Shown: positions 8,964 to 19,859 of the stretch, in pieces | How positions within the stretch are numbered: the first letter of the stretch is position 1 | Layout: each line of letters opens with the position of its first letter | From: an uncultured cyanobacterium | Lineage (GTDB): Bacteria > Cyanobacteriota > Cyanobacteriia > Cyanobacteriales > Nostocaceae | Length of the DNA: 64,000 nt | Assembly (NCBI GenBank): GCA_963740315.1 | Contig: CAVUDP010000002.1 | Coordinates: forward strand, 1 to 64,000 | Direction of reading: 5' to 3' | The notes under the pieces: generated by a model | The model's input: the letters and a program-made list of their open reading frames with translations, nothing else | What the model was told of the DNA's origin: nothing | Database searches by the model: none | Program-made: the position numbers and the translations under genes

Positions 8964-10643
8964 TTAAGGTTTTTTACGTCGGATTTGCGTTTGTCCAGAA
9001 CCTGAATTTGGTGATTCTGGAAGATTTTTCAGCTTTGTAGGTAATGTTTGTGTCTTCTTTGATGTTTCTGACTGCTGAGGATAGATAAGTTCGGGGCTTT
9101 CGCTACTAATGGTAGATAAAATTTGGTAATGTTCTTCATCTGGTAATCCCAACTTTTGACGAATTGGCATTAAGTATTCAAAACTTCAATCGGGGGACGT
9201 GCATTTTTCTGCTAAAGCTTCTTCTAACATCCATTTATATACATGATGGCGACCTCGTTCGGAAAATTGAGGTAATACTTCTGTTAACACAAACAGTTCA
9301 TCTGCTTTTAATTTATCTAACGAACGTCCGTTGAGAAATTGCTCGATATCAAGGGGTAATTTTTCTAGTTGACGGCGAAAACTATGAGTTAAACTTTCTT
9401 TTTGATATTGTTCCGCACTGCGTTTCCAATTACGAACTAACCAGACAGTGCTAACCAAAACTATCAAGCCATTAAATAATAGTTGTAATACTATTGGTAA
9501 ACGGATAATTTCCGGTCTTCCTCCATAAACAAAGAAAGCATTAAAAGCCAAAAAGGTAATAATTGAAAATGTCCGGTGCAATACTTGTTGGGAACTAATT
9601 TCCGGATATTTATGTTTTAAATAACCCCGATAAACTTTTTCTAATTTGTGACAAATTTGATAGAATATTATTATGCTGAATCCTAAAGTTAGGGGAACAG
9701 CAGCAATTTTGGGAATTGCGATCGCCCGATTATTAATATAGAATCCTGGCTGCCAAATAGTAAACAGTGAATTATCGTAAGTCCAAACTCCAGAAAAATA
9801 ATAATCGAAGTTACCAGCATACAATCTGTAATAAACAAAGTAGCCGATCGCCAATCCGAGATAACCATATTGAAGAAATTTTCGTCCCGGCTTTTGCAAA
9901 TCGCTCCAATAAGATTTTTCCGAATCAATATCCATACAAGACGATTTACAGCCAACACAAGCACTTTTTTCTTCACCAGTTGTCTTATCTAAAGTTCTAC
10001 ACATCGACTGAGTAATACTTTTTGGTGGTGTTTTATGGGCACTGCTTCCTAATAAACCACGAGGTCCTGTAAACACAGTTTGTACGGCACCAAAAGGACA
10101 GACATAATGACACCAACTACGACCTCCATAGAGGAATACTACTGTAATTGCAGCCAAAATAGTCGTAACAAATAATAAACCGAGAATCCATCTTGTGGAA
10201 TTAACGAATAAAATGCGGCTGCTCAAACCTAGAAATAGCAGAAAAAACTGTAAATAAAAATGGTTTTTAACTAGCCATTGATTATTTTCAATATTTAATC
10301 GTGGTTTTAAGCCTAAAGCACGGGAAATTTGCGAAAGAAAATAGAGAGGACAAATACGCCGCCAAGTTTCATGACCAAACACGAATACAATAAAAACAAT
10401 AGCAGGAAGTATCATTCCCCAAAAAAGTCTGGTAGCAATTGGATAAGCTTGTTCAAAAATACATCTATTACCTTGAACCAGAATACATTCGTGACTATCG
10501 CGCAGAGGAGATAAGAGGTTTTTGGGGTCAGTAAGAACGTGGGTTATGGGGTCGTAAAATAAAGAGATAATTAAGATTAACCAACCAATTACAAGTATCC
10601 ATCTCACAGCATGCATCTTGCTTTCTGATACTTTGCTTAACAT
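8964..10643 (-). CDS. Polytopic membrane 4Fe-4S-binding protein; in-frame TGA near the C-terminus
   Basis: Multiple TM segments; WRRICP, WCHYVCPFG and CVGCKSSC motifs. ORF 8964..9170 is in the same frame, five codons after TGA 9188-9186. Confidence 0.8.
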
Positions 10644-10666
10644 TGTTTACACTCCTGTTAATTATA

Positions 10667-10726
10667 GGTTTGTAGTAAGGATTTTAATCCTTAAATGAAA
10701 GGGAACCAATGCCCTTACTACGAACC
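10667..10726. repeat. GTAG-type REP-like palindrome (GTAGTAAG...CTTACTAC family)
   Basis: GGTTTGTAGTAAGG...CCTTACTACGAACC; family also at 12601-12786, 19796-19850, 20464-20518 and 28648-28796. Confidence 0.75.
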
Positions 10727-10747
10727 AATTAGAATTATTCAAAAAGA

Positions 10748-12346
10748 CTACTTAATTGTTTCTATTCCGGCGCGAGAAATTTTGATTTTAGTACCATCAA
10801 ATTTTGCAAGGGTGAAATAACTGTCTTCGTTATATGTAATTGCTTGTTCTTGAAGAATACCAATCGCCACTTTTTCGCCTAATTTGACGGATTCTGTATA
10901 GTCACTAAGCCAGTGAACCCCAGCACCATTACGTGCGATCGCAATATTAGAAGCAAGTTTGTTCAACTCACCACCAACTGTCATCATTCCTGCATCGGTG
11001 CCGCTGTAGCTAATTAACTCAGTACCATCATGATTGGCAACCACTGGATTAGGAATTACCCAAGACTCATCAAACCAAGCTTTGAGAATGGTGACACAAG
11101 CACCCGCAACTGTTGCGTGTCCGGAACCATAAGAGGGATGGGTGGGAGAACCTTCAGGGTATGCCATTGGTAGCAGATAGTTACCGTACAGGCTGTAAAC
11201 CTTTTCTAAAACAGAGGAATTAAATAGTTCCGAATTAATTGGATATTTCGCACATCCAGTGAGATGGTTGTGAACCCTTCCCCCGAATGCTTCAGGACGC
11301 AAGCGACGGTGTACAAACCACTTCTGAAACCACATTGCTTTGAGAGCGCGGGTTGCAACCTCTGTCACCAAGCTGAGAATGTGAGGACTACCAAAGGTTC
11401 CAAAGCCTGCTTGAGTCTTGGTTTTCTTGTATAAATTCCCCTCATCTACAGGAGCCTTCATATCCAACAGCATCAAACAAGCATTTAGGTAAGATTGGTA
11501 CAAAGCATCAACGTGTACGTATTGACCTAAATCTCTGAGATTGCGGATATAGCGAGGTGTGGAATCAAAAACATCTGAACCCGTTAACCCACCATTTTGG
11601 ACGTGCAACCAAGAATCATAATCGGTCATGTGATTTATCCCAGGTACGACTGTTTTCTGTTTTTGAGAAATAGTCAGCGAACCATAGGAAATATCCTTGA
11701 GCATGAATTGGGAAACATAAGGACCGACTTTATCCCCGCGAAGAACTCCTCGAAACAGGCTTTGTGGAGTAACTTCGTTAATAAAACCGTCTTTAGTTTG
11801 ACGCTTGACTTTAGCTCCACGGAAGTCGGAAAGTTTAGATAAATCTGCTGCTGCTTCTGCAACCTGGGGGCTATGATATAAACTAAAATTGATATCCCGT
11901 AAAAGTGCCATCCAGTAAAGCTCTGTCATCTCCGCTGAGTTTTCAGCAGAATCAATACGAGGTGCGGGACGTATTGTTACAGAATGGCTATCGGGTCCTT
12001 CCAAATCAAAAGCCAATCCTGCTTGGGGGTTTGTCAGCTTGCGATCGCCTAGAGGAATTGCTTCAAAATCTACGGTTTTACCACTCTTCAAAGCTGTTAT
12101 AAATGCGTAGTAAGCATTAGGGTCAACTTCACCTAAATAGTTATGTACTAACCCTTTAGAAAAATTGGCAATAAAATTAGGATAGCCATTTTCATCTCGA
12201 TAGTCTTGTTCCTCACCGTTGCATATATGTGCTGTTGTGCCTCTATAAAAAGCAATTTTCGCAGCTTCTTGACGGATTTTGAAAGAGGACTCTTGACGTT
12301 CAAAATTGTTTTGAGGACCGAATTCTTGACATTCTTGATTGCCCAT
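10748..12346 (-). CDS. Vanadium-dependent haloperoxidase (bromoperoxidase-like)
   Basis: Vanadate-site motifs QKWFVHRRLRPE, HPSYGSGHA and IARNGAGVHW. Confidence 0.93.
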   Translation of the reverse strand: MGNQECQEFGPQNNFERQESSFKIRQEAAKIAFYRGTTAHICNGEEQDYRDENGYPNFIANFSKGLVHNYLGEVDPNAYYAFITALKSGKTVDFEAIPLGDRKLTNPQAGLAFDLEGPDSHSVTIRPAPRIDSAENSAEMTELYWMALLRDINFSLYHSPQVAEAAADLSKLSDFRGAKVKRQTKDGFINEVTPQSLFRGVLRGDKVGPYVSQFMLKDISYGSLTISQKQKTVVPGINHMTDYDSWLHVQNGGLTGSDVFDSTPRYIRNLRDLGQYVHVDALYQSYLNACLMLLDMKAPVDEGNLYKKTKTQAGFGTFGSPHILSLVTEVATRALKAMWFQKWFVHRRLRPEAFGGRVHNHLTGCAKYPINSELFNSSVLEKVYSLYGNYLLPMAYPEGSPTHPSYGSGHATVAGACVTILKAWFDESWVIPNPVVANHDGTELISYSGTDAGMMTVGGELNKLASNIAIARNGAGVHWLSDYTESVKLGEKVAIGILQEQAITYNEDSYFTLAKFDGTKIKISRAGIETIK

Positions 12347-12600
12347 GATTTATTCCTTGATAATTTAAATTGGTTTTGTGTACTAAACAATGAATCAGTT
12401 GGAAGTAAAAAGATTACGGCATTTTTTTGGTACCCATGAGGGTACTATTTTTAGTTTCATGCTGAAATACTTAATATGTATCTGTCTCAACTATTTTGTG
12501 ATAAATGCTGTTTAGATCGACTTGTGCAGTTGGAATTGCCTCTATAAATTCTTCTCCAAGCATCCTCTGCGTCTAGTACGAAGCCACATTAATTTTCAAG

Positions 12601-12786
12601 GGTTTGTAGTAAGGACTTTAGTCCCTCCGGATTCCGTAATATGATGCGAAGACAGCGCTACTACGAACCGGAAGTTAACCCTAAAACTTCAGTTTGTCTA
12701 GGGAACCAAGCCCTTACTACGAACCGGGAGTTACCCCTAAAATTTCAGTTTGTCTAGGGAACCAAGCCCTTACTACGAACCGGGAG
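12601..12786. repeat. REP-like cluster with a 56-bp tandem duplication
   Basis: CTACGAACC recurs at 12661, 12717 and 12773 (56-nt period) with near-identical intervening sequence. Confidence 0.8.
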
Positions 12787-12922
12787 CAAGGTTTTTTATT
12801 CTAAAGTCCTATTGACTTATACTCCATATGTAGTATATATGTAATATAAGGTTTTTTGTTAATCCTTACCCTTTCCGAAGTTTAGGAAAGGTGTACAACA
12901 TTATTAAATTTGGAAAAATATC

Positions 12923-14932
12923 ATGGTTCCCCGAACGCGCATCCGAAATATCGGTATATCTGCTCACATCGACTCTGGTAAGACGACATTGAGCGAGCGC
13001 ATTCTCTTCTACACGGGCAGAATTCATGCAATTGAGGAAGTACGGGGAGGTGGTAAAGGTGCCACTATGGACTCCACGGATTTGGAGAGGGAACACGGTA
13101 TTACCATTACTTCCGCCGCTACTACCTGTCAATGGCACGATACGCGGATTAATTTAATTGATACACCGGGACACATCGATTTTACGATTGAAGTTGAACG
13201 CGCTTTACGAGTGCTTGATGGTGCTGTAATGGTACTTTGTGCTGTGGCGGGGGTTCAGTCTCAGTCGATTACTGTCGATCGCCAGATGAAACGTTATGGT
13301 GTACCCCGCGTAGCGTTTATCAACAAGATGGATCGAACAGGTGCAAATCCGTTTCGAGTTGTGGAAGCAATGCACGATCTCTTGGGGTTAAATGCGTTGT
13401 TGTTGCAATATCCCATCGGTGCTGAAAGTCAGTTTGAAGGGGTTATCGATTTAATTGGAATGGAGGCTCATTTTTATGAAGGTGAAAATGGCGAAAATTG
13501 GGTTAAACGAGAAATTCCCGACGATTTGAAGCAGGAAGCGGAATCTGCACGAGAGAAAATGCTCGATACTTTATCTTTGGAGTCTGAAGAGATGACAGAG
13601 GCATTGGTAGAGGGTAAGGAATCTCAAGAGTTGATTTGGGAAACCATCCGTCAAGCAACTTTGAATTTAGAACTCGTACCCGTGCTTTTGGGTTCGGCTT
13701 TTAAAAATAAAGGCGTGCAAAATCTGTTAGATGCTGTTTGTTTGTATTTACCTTCTCCTGTAGATAAGGATTTCGTTACCGCAACAGTTTTTGAAACGGG
13801 TGAATCTGTTGATATTCCTTTGAATTCCGATGCGCCTTTGGTTGCTTTAGCGTTTAAGTTAACAATGCAATCTTTTGGACAGTTAACTTATATCCGCGTT
13901 TATTCAGGTACTCTCAATCAAGGCGACACTATTTACAATTCTCGTACTGGGGATAAGGTGCAAGTTGGTAGATTAGTAAGAATGCACGCCGATAAGCCAG
14001 AGGTGATAAAACAAGCTGTTGCTGGGGATATTGTGGCGCTTTTGGGTGTCGAATGTGCTTCAGGGGATACATTTTGTTCGTCACAACGAGTATCTTTAGA
14101 AGATATATTTGTACCGGAGCCTGTAATTACTTTAGCGATCGCACCGAAGAAAGATCGGGATTTAGATAAGATTTCCAAAGCTTTAAACCGCTTTCAAAAG
14201 GAAGATCCTACTTTTCGCGTCAACGTAAATTCGGAGTCAAATCAAACTTTGATTTCCGGCATGGGTGAACTGCATTTAGAAATCTACGTCGAACGCATGA
14301 AGCGAGAATATAACGTAGAAGTTGAAGTTGGTAAACCGGCGGTATCTTATCGGGAAGCTATTTCTCAACGTGCAACCTTTGATTATCGACTCAAAAAACA
14401 ATCCGGTGGACCAGGACAATATGCTCATGTTGTGGGGTATATTGAACCATGCGACGAACCGTTTGTATTTGAGAATAAGGTATTTGGTGGTGCAATTCCC
14501 AAGGAATATATTGCCGGAGTGGAGAAAGGTTTTGTAGAAGCAATGAATTTAGGAATGTTGGAAGGATATCCAGTTACTGGAGTCAGAATTGTTTTAGAAA
14601 ACGGTTCTTATCATCCGATTGATTCTTCTGAATTCGCTTTTAGAATGGCTGCTCAACAAGCATTTGCACAAGCTTTTATGAAAGCCAAACCTCATTTACT
14701 CCAACCAATAATGCAAGTTGAAGTAGAAACACCAGACGAGTATTTAGGAAGAGTACAAGGTGATTTGTCATCAAGACGGGGTTTGCTGTTGGGTTCCCAA
14801 ACGATGCAGGGATATTCGATCGTTCGTGCTGAAGTGCCTTTAGTAAAGATGTTTGGATATTCAGGCAACTTACGTTCCTTAACCTCCGGTATGGCAACAT
14901 TTTCCATGCAGTTTAATTGTTATCGTGCGTAG
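12923..14932 (+). CDS. fusA: Elongation factor G paralogue (stand-alone)
   Basis: G1 [10 protein letters not shown]2 REHGITI, G3 DTPG, G4 NKMD, GMGELHL, KQSGG, LRSLTSG. Confidence 0.95.
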   Translation: MVPRTRIRNIGISAHIDSGKTTLSERILFYTGRIHAIEEVRGGGKGATMDSTDLEREHGITITSAATTCQWHDTRINLIDTPGHIDFTIEVERALRVLDGAVMVLCAVAGVQSQSITVDRQMKRYGVPRVAFINKMDRTGANPFRVVEAMHDLLGLNALLLQYPIGAESQFEGVIDLIGMEAHFYEGENGENWVKREIPDDLKQEAESAREKMLDTLSLESEEMTEALVEGKESQELIWETIRQATLNLELVPVLLGSAFKNKGVQNLLDAVCLYLPSPVDKDFVTATVFETGESVDIPLNSDAPLVALAFKLTMQSFGQLTYIRVYSGTLNQGDTIYNSRTGDKVQVGRLVRMHADKPEVIKQAVAGDIVALLGVECASGDTFCSSQRVSLEDIFVPEPVITLAIAPKKDRDLDKISKALNRFQKEDPTFRVNVNSESNQTLISGMGELHLEIYVERMKREYNVEVEVGKPAVSYREAISQRATFDYRLKKQSGGPGQYAHVVGYIEPCDEPFVFENKVFGGAIPKEYIAGVEKGFVEAMNLGMLEGYPVTGVRIVLENGSYHPIDSSEFAFRMAAQQAFAQAFMKAKPHLLQPIMQVEVETPDEYLGRVQGDLSSRRGLLLGSQTMQGYSIVRAEVPLVKMFGYSGNLRSLTSGMATFSMQFNCYRA

Positions 14933-14937
14933 CTAAT

Positions 14938-14963
14938 GTAGAGACGTAGCACTGCTACGTCTC
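14938..14963. repeat. GTAGAGACG REP-like palindrome
   Basis: GTAGAGACGTAGCACTGCTACGTCTC; copies at 17452-17476, 58093-58118 and 58212-58236; variant at 24899-24948. Confidence 0.8.
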
Positions 14964-14991
14964 AATCAATATTTCGGATCGAAAGTAGTAT

Positions 14992-17160
14992 TTAGTTAAT
15001 TTCGATAGTGCCGTTATTTACTGCATCAGTTAAAGCAGATGGAAAAGAATTTTGGGAATTAGGATCGAAAAGACTGTTAAGACTAGAAGCTATATTTCCG
15101 TCAGTTCCTTGAGTTAAATTTAGATGATTGTCGCCTTCAGAAAATAATTCATCTATGACAAATTCATTGGTGAAATTTTCTATGGGAATTATACTGTCAT
15201 CGTTGAAATTAACAACGTTTTTTGATTCGCTTTCTAATTTTTGCAGTTTCCCATTTTTGACATCCAATTTAGCAAACCATGCATCAATTGCACCACTTGA
15301 GGCTCCATTGCTATTTTTACCTAAATAACCTTCAGTAAATCCATTAACATATAGATTCCCCGAATCATCTACACTTAAACCAGTGGCATAATCAATATTG
15401 TTTTTACTGCCGAACTGTTTGATCCATATATTGTTACCTAGAGTATCAAATCTAGCCACCCAAGAATTATAACTGTCCTTATCTTTTTGACCTTTTCCTA
15501 ACTTATCGTTGGTGTAGCCACTAAGGAAAATATTATCTTGGGAATCTATTACCATATCAGATAAAAAAGTTCCATCATCACCTTTGGAACCAAATTGTTT
15601 GACGAATTCTTGAGTTCCATCTGGTTTGAATTTTGCCAGCCACATATCGTAAGAATCAGACTTAGCAAATTTTCGATCTTTAGTTCCTATATTTCCTGTT
15701 GTCCATCCCGTAAGGTAGATGTTACCTTGACTATCGGTATCGGTAGCCCATGCGAATTCCAATCCTTGATCTGTACTTCCGAATTGTTGAACCCATTCCT
15801 GTTGACCGTTAGTATCATATTTAGCAAGCCAAACATCATACTTTAAAAGCGGACGAGATGGATCTGACTCTTTGATTAAACCTTGCGTCCATCCAACAAT
15901 ATAGGAATTACCATTCGCATCTGTAGTTAAATCGTAACTTTCGTCAAAGAATGGACCTCCTATTTGGTTAAACCATTGTTGATTACCGTTGGCATCAAAT
16001 TTGGTTATCCAAGAATCATTTTGAAACGGAAAGTCAAAAATTTCTCTATTATTATTGTCTTTTACAGCTAATCCCGATAAATAGACATTTCCAGCGTCAT
16101 CAATATCGAGTCCATAGCTACTATTCTCATAACCTCCGGTTTGATTGCTACCAATTTGTTTACCCCAAAGTTGATTGCCAAAACTATCATATTTAGCTAT
16201 CCAAGCATCTTGAACTTCGGACTTTTTAGAATCAACTAAACTTCCACCTGTTTTACCTGCTAAATAATAATTACCATATTTATCTGTAACCACTTCATAA
16301 GCAGTATCTCCAGCTGCGGAGCCAATTTGTTGACCAGTTAATTGTTCGCCATTACGATTAAATTTAGCTACCCAAGCATCCGTAAGACCTTGATTAGTTC
16401 CCTGTAAAGATCCGCTAGTAGAGCCTGTAACATAAACATTACCCCAAGGATCTACAGCACTATCAAAACTGAGATCGATACCAGTAGTACCAAATTGTTT
16501 AATTTTCTTCTCTGCTGGTTTCTTCGATGTTTCACCTACAAATTGAAAATATTTATCGTTGAGTTTTAATTCAACTTCAGGTTTAGCAACTATAAAAGCA
16601 ATTAGATCGGGTTTTTCTTGCTGCAAAGAAAATAAAGCTTTTCCAAAAAACGGCTGCTCGATTTCAGGTGACTGTAATCCATCTATATCAACTAATCTAT
16701 AATCCTTTTTCTTGCCATTTAATTGGATAGTATCCTGTTCTTTACTAAAATCATATATTACGGCAAATGAATCGGTTCCCAGAGCATTATTACCATTTAA
16801 ATCTGATAATTTACTGGTATAGTAAGCTTGATTGTTGTCTCCTAAAACGAATTTATCTTTGCCCACAGAAGGAATATTTCTATTTAATATTAATAAAGGA
16901 TTACCACCTTCACCTCGATCGCTGCTCATAATATTGCTGGTAATTTCATATTCCTCTGGAGAATTGTCAAAAATATCACCAAATAAGAAATCAATATTTT
17001 GTTTTTGACTGTTATCTGCTCCAGGATCGAATCCATACATCGTGTCATTACCACCACGTCCAAAAATCCGATCGAATTTTGCTCCAGTTATCCTAACGTC
17101 TCCAAAGGCTAAGTCACTTGCCGGTGTTAGCAGCACATCAATCGTTCTCGATTTATTCAT
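14992..17160 (-). CDS. SBBP-repeat beta-propeller protein with RTX-like N-terminal motif
   Basis: Repeated DxxGNxYxxGxT and DAWxAKxDxxGxQxW units; N-terminal IFGRGGND. Confidence 0.85.
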   Translation of the reverse strand: MNKSRTIDVLLTPASDLAFGDVRITGAKFDRIFGRGGNDTMYGFDPGADNSQKQNIDFLFGDIFDNSPEEYEITSNIMSSDRGEGGNPLLILNRNIPSVGKDKFVLGDNNQAYYTSKLSDLNGNNALGTDSFAVIYDFSKEQDTIQLNGKKKDYRLVDIDGLQSPEIEQPFFGKALFSLQQEKPDLIAFIVAKPEVELKLNDKYFQFVGETSKKPAEKKIKQFGTTGIDLSFDSAVDPWGNVYVTGSTSGSLQGTNQGLTDAWVAKFNRNGEQLTGQQIGSAAGDTAYEVVTDKYGNYYLAGKTGGSLVDSKKSEVQDAWIAKYDSFGNQLWGKQIGSNQTGGYENSSYGLDIDDAGNVYLSGLAVKDNNNREIFDFPFQNDSWITKFDANGNQQWFNQIGGPFFDESYDLTTDANGNSYIVGWTQGLIKESDPSRPLLKYDVWLAKYDTNGQQEWVQQFGSTDQGLEFAWATDTDSQGNIYLTGWTTGNIGTKDRKFAKSDSYDMWLAKFKPDGTQEFVKQFGSKGDDGTFLSDMVIDSQDNIFLSGYTNDKLGKGQKDKDSYNSWVARFDTLGNNIWIKQFGSKNNIDYATGLSVDDSGNLYVNGFTEGYLGKNSNGASSGAIDAWFAKLDVKNGKLQKLESESKNVVNFNDDSIIPIENFTNEFVIDELFSEGDNHLNLTQGTDGNIASSLNSLFDPNSQNSFPSALTDAVNNGTIEIN

Positions 17161-17484
17161 ATCTATCTAGCCTTTATCTAAATAATCTTTGCCAATAAAA
17201 TCACATAGCATTTGCCAAATGCCTGCGAAATTACGCATGAAATATCAAAGCATTATAATTTATGAAAGTACTGGATGTGTTTTAGTTAACCTAATCTTTA
17301 ATTTTCTGGTATTTATAAGTGCAAATATTTATTAGATGTTTATTAGACAAGAGAGAAGGTTAAATAGAAGCGATCGCTCTTCTTGAAATTTGACTCGAAA
17401 ATCTTCCACCTAACCGTAATTAGAGATTTCTACCGTAACTACAGAAATCGAAGACGTAGCAGTGCTACGTCTCTACAGCCATAT

Positions 17485-17889
17485 TTATGCAATCTGAAAA
17501 ACTTGAGAAATATTTTTTAATAATTCCTTCTCTTCTGAAGAAAATTCCGCATCAGCCATCGCTAAATCGCTACATACCAGCAATACCTGAGCTTTGAGCA
17601 GTTCGCTTTCTATACGAGCATTGATATCTTTTAGGAAAGCATTCATTTTCTCTTTGTCTGCCAAAGCGGTTCTAATTTTAGGTGTAACTTTACCAAAATA
17701 GAATTCTAAAGATAAAGGCGATTCCCATTTGATGCTCGCATATTCCTTAATTGCTCGATCTTCAGCAAGCTTAAGGGTTTTATCGCTATACATTACCATC
17801 ATCATCAATTCAACGATCGCTTCTCGTTCGTTTTGAGTTACATCTTTCTTGGCGATTTCACTCAAAGATAAACGTAATTTTTCTCGCAT
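17485..17889 (-). CDS. TerB-like protein
   Basis: MMMVMYSD...E and LAMADAEFSSEEKELL patterns typical of the TerB fold. Confidence 0.6.
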   Translation of the reverse strand: MREKLRLSLSEIAKKDVTQNEREAIVELMMMVMYSDKTLKLAEDRAIKEYASIKWESPLSLEFYFGKVTPKIRTALADKEKMNAFLKDINARIESELLKAQVLLVCSDLAMADAEFSSEEKELLKNISQVFQIA

Positions 17890-18089
17890 AATTAATCAAA
17901 GGGTTAATATAAATACACCGTGCCTATCATATGTAATTCCTAAGTACAATTAAAGTCATTTTAAATACATTAGTTCTTCTTTTGATTCAAGACGAAAAAC
18001 CAGAATATATCGGAAAATAGAATTTGTTGCGATCGCCACTTTACGCAATTAAATTTACCTGGGTTGTGGGTGGAGAAAATAGCGATCGC

Positions 18090-18341
18090 CTATTTTTCCT
18101 TACCACGAATTAAATCGGTAGGTTTTTCGCCAAATGGGATTTTGCGATCGCGTCCTACAACTTGTACTCTTTTAGCTGATGGTGCTTTAATGCGAAACGT
18201 CACTTTTCCATCAGAATGAATATATGGATATTCGCTGTTTGGAACGCTCGAAGGTGCCGGGAAGCCTTTTAACTGTCCGTAAGCTGGTTGCGAAATTAAG
18301 GGGATTATTAAAGCAATATAAAAAGGTTTTATAATTTTCAT
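18090..18341 (-). pseudogene. Truncated esterase-associated CBM48/E-set N-terminal fragment
   Basis: Signal peptide + DGKVTFRIKAPSAKRVQV; ends abruptly next to a HIP1 site at 18082. Confidence 0.55.
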
Positions 18342-18416
18342 CGGTAATTGCGATTCTTAAATCCCGATAGCTGAACGCAATTTATATTTTCCCATGCCCC
18401 ATGCCCAAATTATTAT

Positions 18417-18935
18417 ATGCAAAAATTTATTATTTACGCTTGTCCGGTTGGTGAATTAAACAAGCAGTTAGAATTATATTTTCAAACAAGTCAAATTGAA
18501 TGCGGTAAAAATGCAGCCCATAAATATATGCCTCACTGTACTTTAACCGGCTTTTTTGAAGATGATTTAACGGCTATTCCTATTTATACGAAAGCTTTGG
18601 ATAAGGCTTTATCAAAATATCCAAATCCAGCCATTAAAGTCTTAAATATGACGTTTAAATCGGAGTGGCATGGTTTAGAATTACACTCACCAATGTTAAA
18701 GCAGTTAATTATTGATTTTGCTTTCCTTGCTAATTCTCCAACTCGTAGAGACTTACGTTTAAAAGATTGGCTGCATTTAAGTCTTGCTTATGAATTTGCA
18801 GCGGAAGAACAAGATAAATTAAAAAAAATTGCTAGAGAAATTATTAACCCTCAAGCATCTGTAAAATGGGAATTGCGTTTATATCAGCTACATTCTGACG
18901 GGAATTGGACTTGTCATCAATCTTGGATGTTGTAA
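18417..18935 (+). CDS. Putative 2H-phosphoesterase-fold protein
   Basis: Two HxT/S motifs (PHCTL, LHLSL) about 80 aa apart. Confidence 0.6.
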   Translation: MQKFIIYACPVGELNKQLELYFQTSQIECGKNAAHKYMPHCTLTGFFEDDLTAIPIYTKALDKALSKYPNPAIKVLNMTFKSEWHGLELHSPMLKQLIIDFAFLANSPTRRDLRLKDWLHLSLAYEFAAEEQDKLKKIAREIINPQASVKWELRLYQLHSDGNWTCHQSWML

Positions 18936-19016
18936 ATTAATAAACCCTAATAAACCCGCTTTTTTCAAAATAACGGGTTTCTCAACAGTAAAAATTATTT
19001 ATAATTCAAAAAAATC

Positions 19017-19487
19017 TCAAACGGCAGTAACTGAATTCAAATCAATTAAAACCCAAGTTAGATAAGTACCAACGGGACCCCATAATAAATATGGTACGAG
19101 TAATAACGAAGCTTTTGGGGAAATTTTTCGGACTGCGATCGCTAAAATATAAACCAGTAAAGTTGCTAAACCACCAACAATCAGTCCACCGATTAAACTT
19201 TGAAATTCTACCACCACGGGACTATAAGCAGCAGTTAAAATAGCTAAGATTGTATATAATGTTATAAATAACTTCGCATCGCGTTTTACAGCTTTCTCCC
19301 AAACGATAATCGCTGAAATCGTCGTGCAAATCCAAATAAAAGTCCAAATAAACGGAATTAGAAATTCAAAAGTGAGCCAATCTGGACGAATTAAATTTTG
19401 AAACCAGGTATTCTGTAGCGAACTTAATAAGTTACCTATAACCAAAATAGCTGTAGAAACAATAACTATTATCCACCTTGCTTTCAT
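19017..19487 (-). CDS. tspO: TspO/MBR family membrane protein
   Basis: WFQNLIRPDWL...IWT and LLVPYLLW motifs, ~5 TM helices. Confidence 0.85.
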   Translation of the reverse strand: MKARWIIVIVSTAILVIGNLLSSLQNTWFQNLIRPDWLTFEFLIPFIWTFIWICTTISAIIVWEKAVKRDAKLFITLYTILAILTAAYSPVVVEFQSLIGGLIVGGLATLLVYILAIAVRKISPKASLLLVPYLLWGPVGTYLTWVLIDLNSVTAV

Positions 19488-19663
19488 GATTCTTTAGTAT
19501 CAGCTTTGCTGCTACCGATCAATACTTGGAATAAATTAATTGCTAAAGTATAAGCCGCCGCAACAAATAATATCAGCATCAAACCCGCAAGAGCGCTGAA
19601 GGGAGATACGACGAATAATAACAACATACTCAATACTACGATTGTTATCAATTGGTTAATCAT
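19484..19663 (-). CDS. Small two-TM hypothetical protein
   Basis: Hydrophobic ORF from ATG 19663, stop overlapping the tspO start. Confidence 0.6.
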   Translation of the reverse strand: MINQLITIVVLSMLLLFVVSPFSALAGLMLILFVAAAYTLAINLFQVLIGSSKADTKES

Positions 19664-19859
19664 AATTACCCTTTGCGATCGGTTAATATCTTTATTTAAC
19701 AATTTAACAAGCTGACATAAAAAAAACTTACACCCAAGGGAAGAATTGCGATCGCTCATAGGTGATAAGTTTCTCTACCTTTAAAATAAATAATAGGTTC
19801 GTAGTAAGCACTTAAGTGCTTTTTTTAGCGATAAATCGCTTACTACGAACTTGGATTAA

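Noticed and set aside
9186..9188. Selenocysteine codon
   Set aside because: Not in a Cys/redox motif, no convincing SECIS-like hairpin seen downstream, and Sec machinery is not expected in this lineage.
12661..12786. Possible CRISPR array with 56-bp period
   Set aside because: The intervening sequences are near-identical, so it is a tandem duplication of a REP-like unit without unique spacers.
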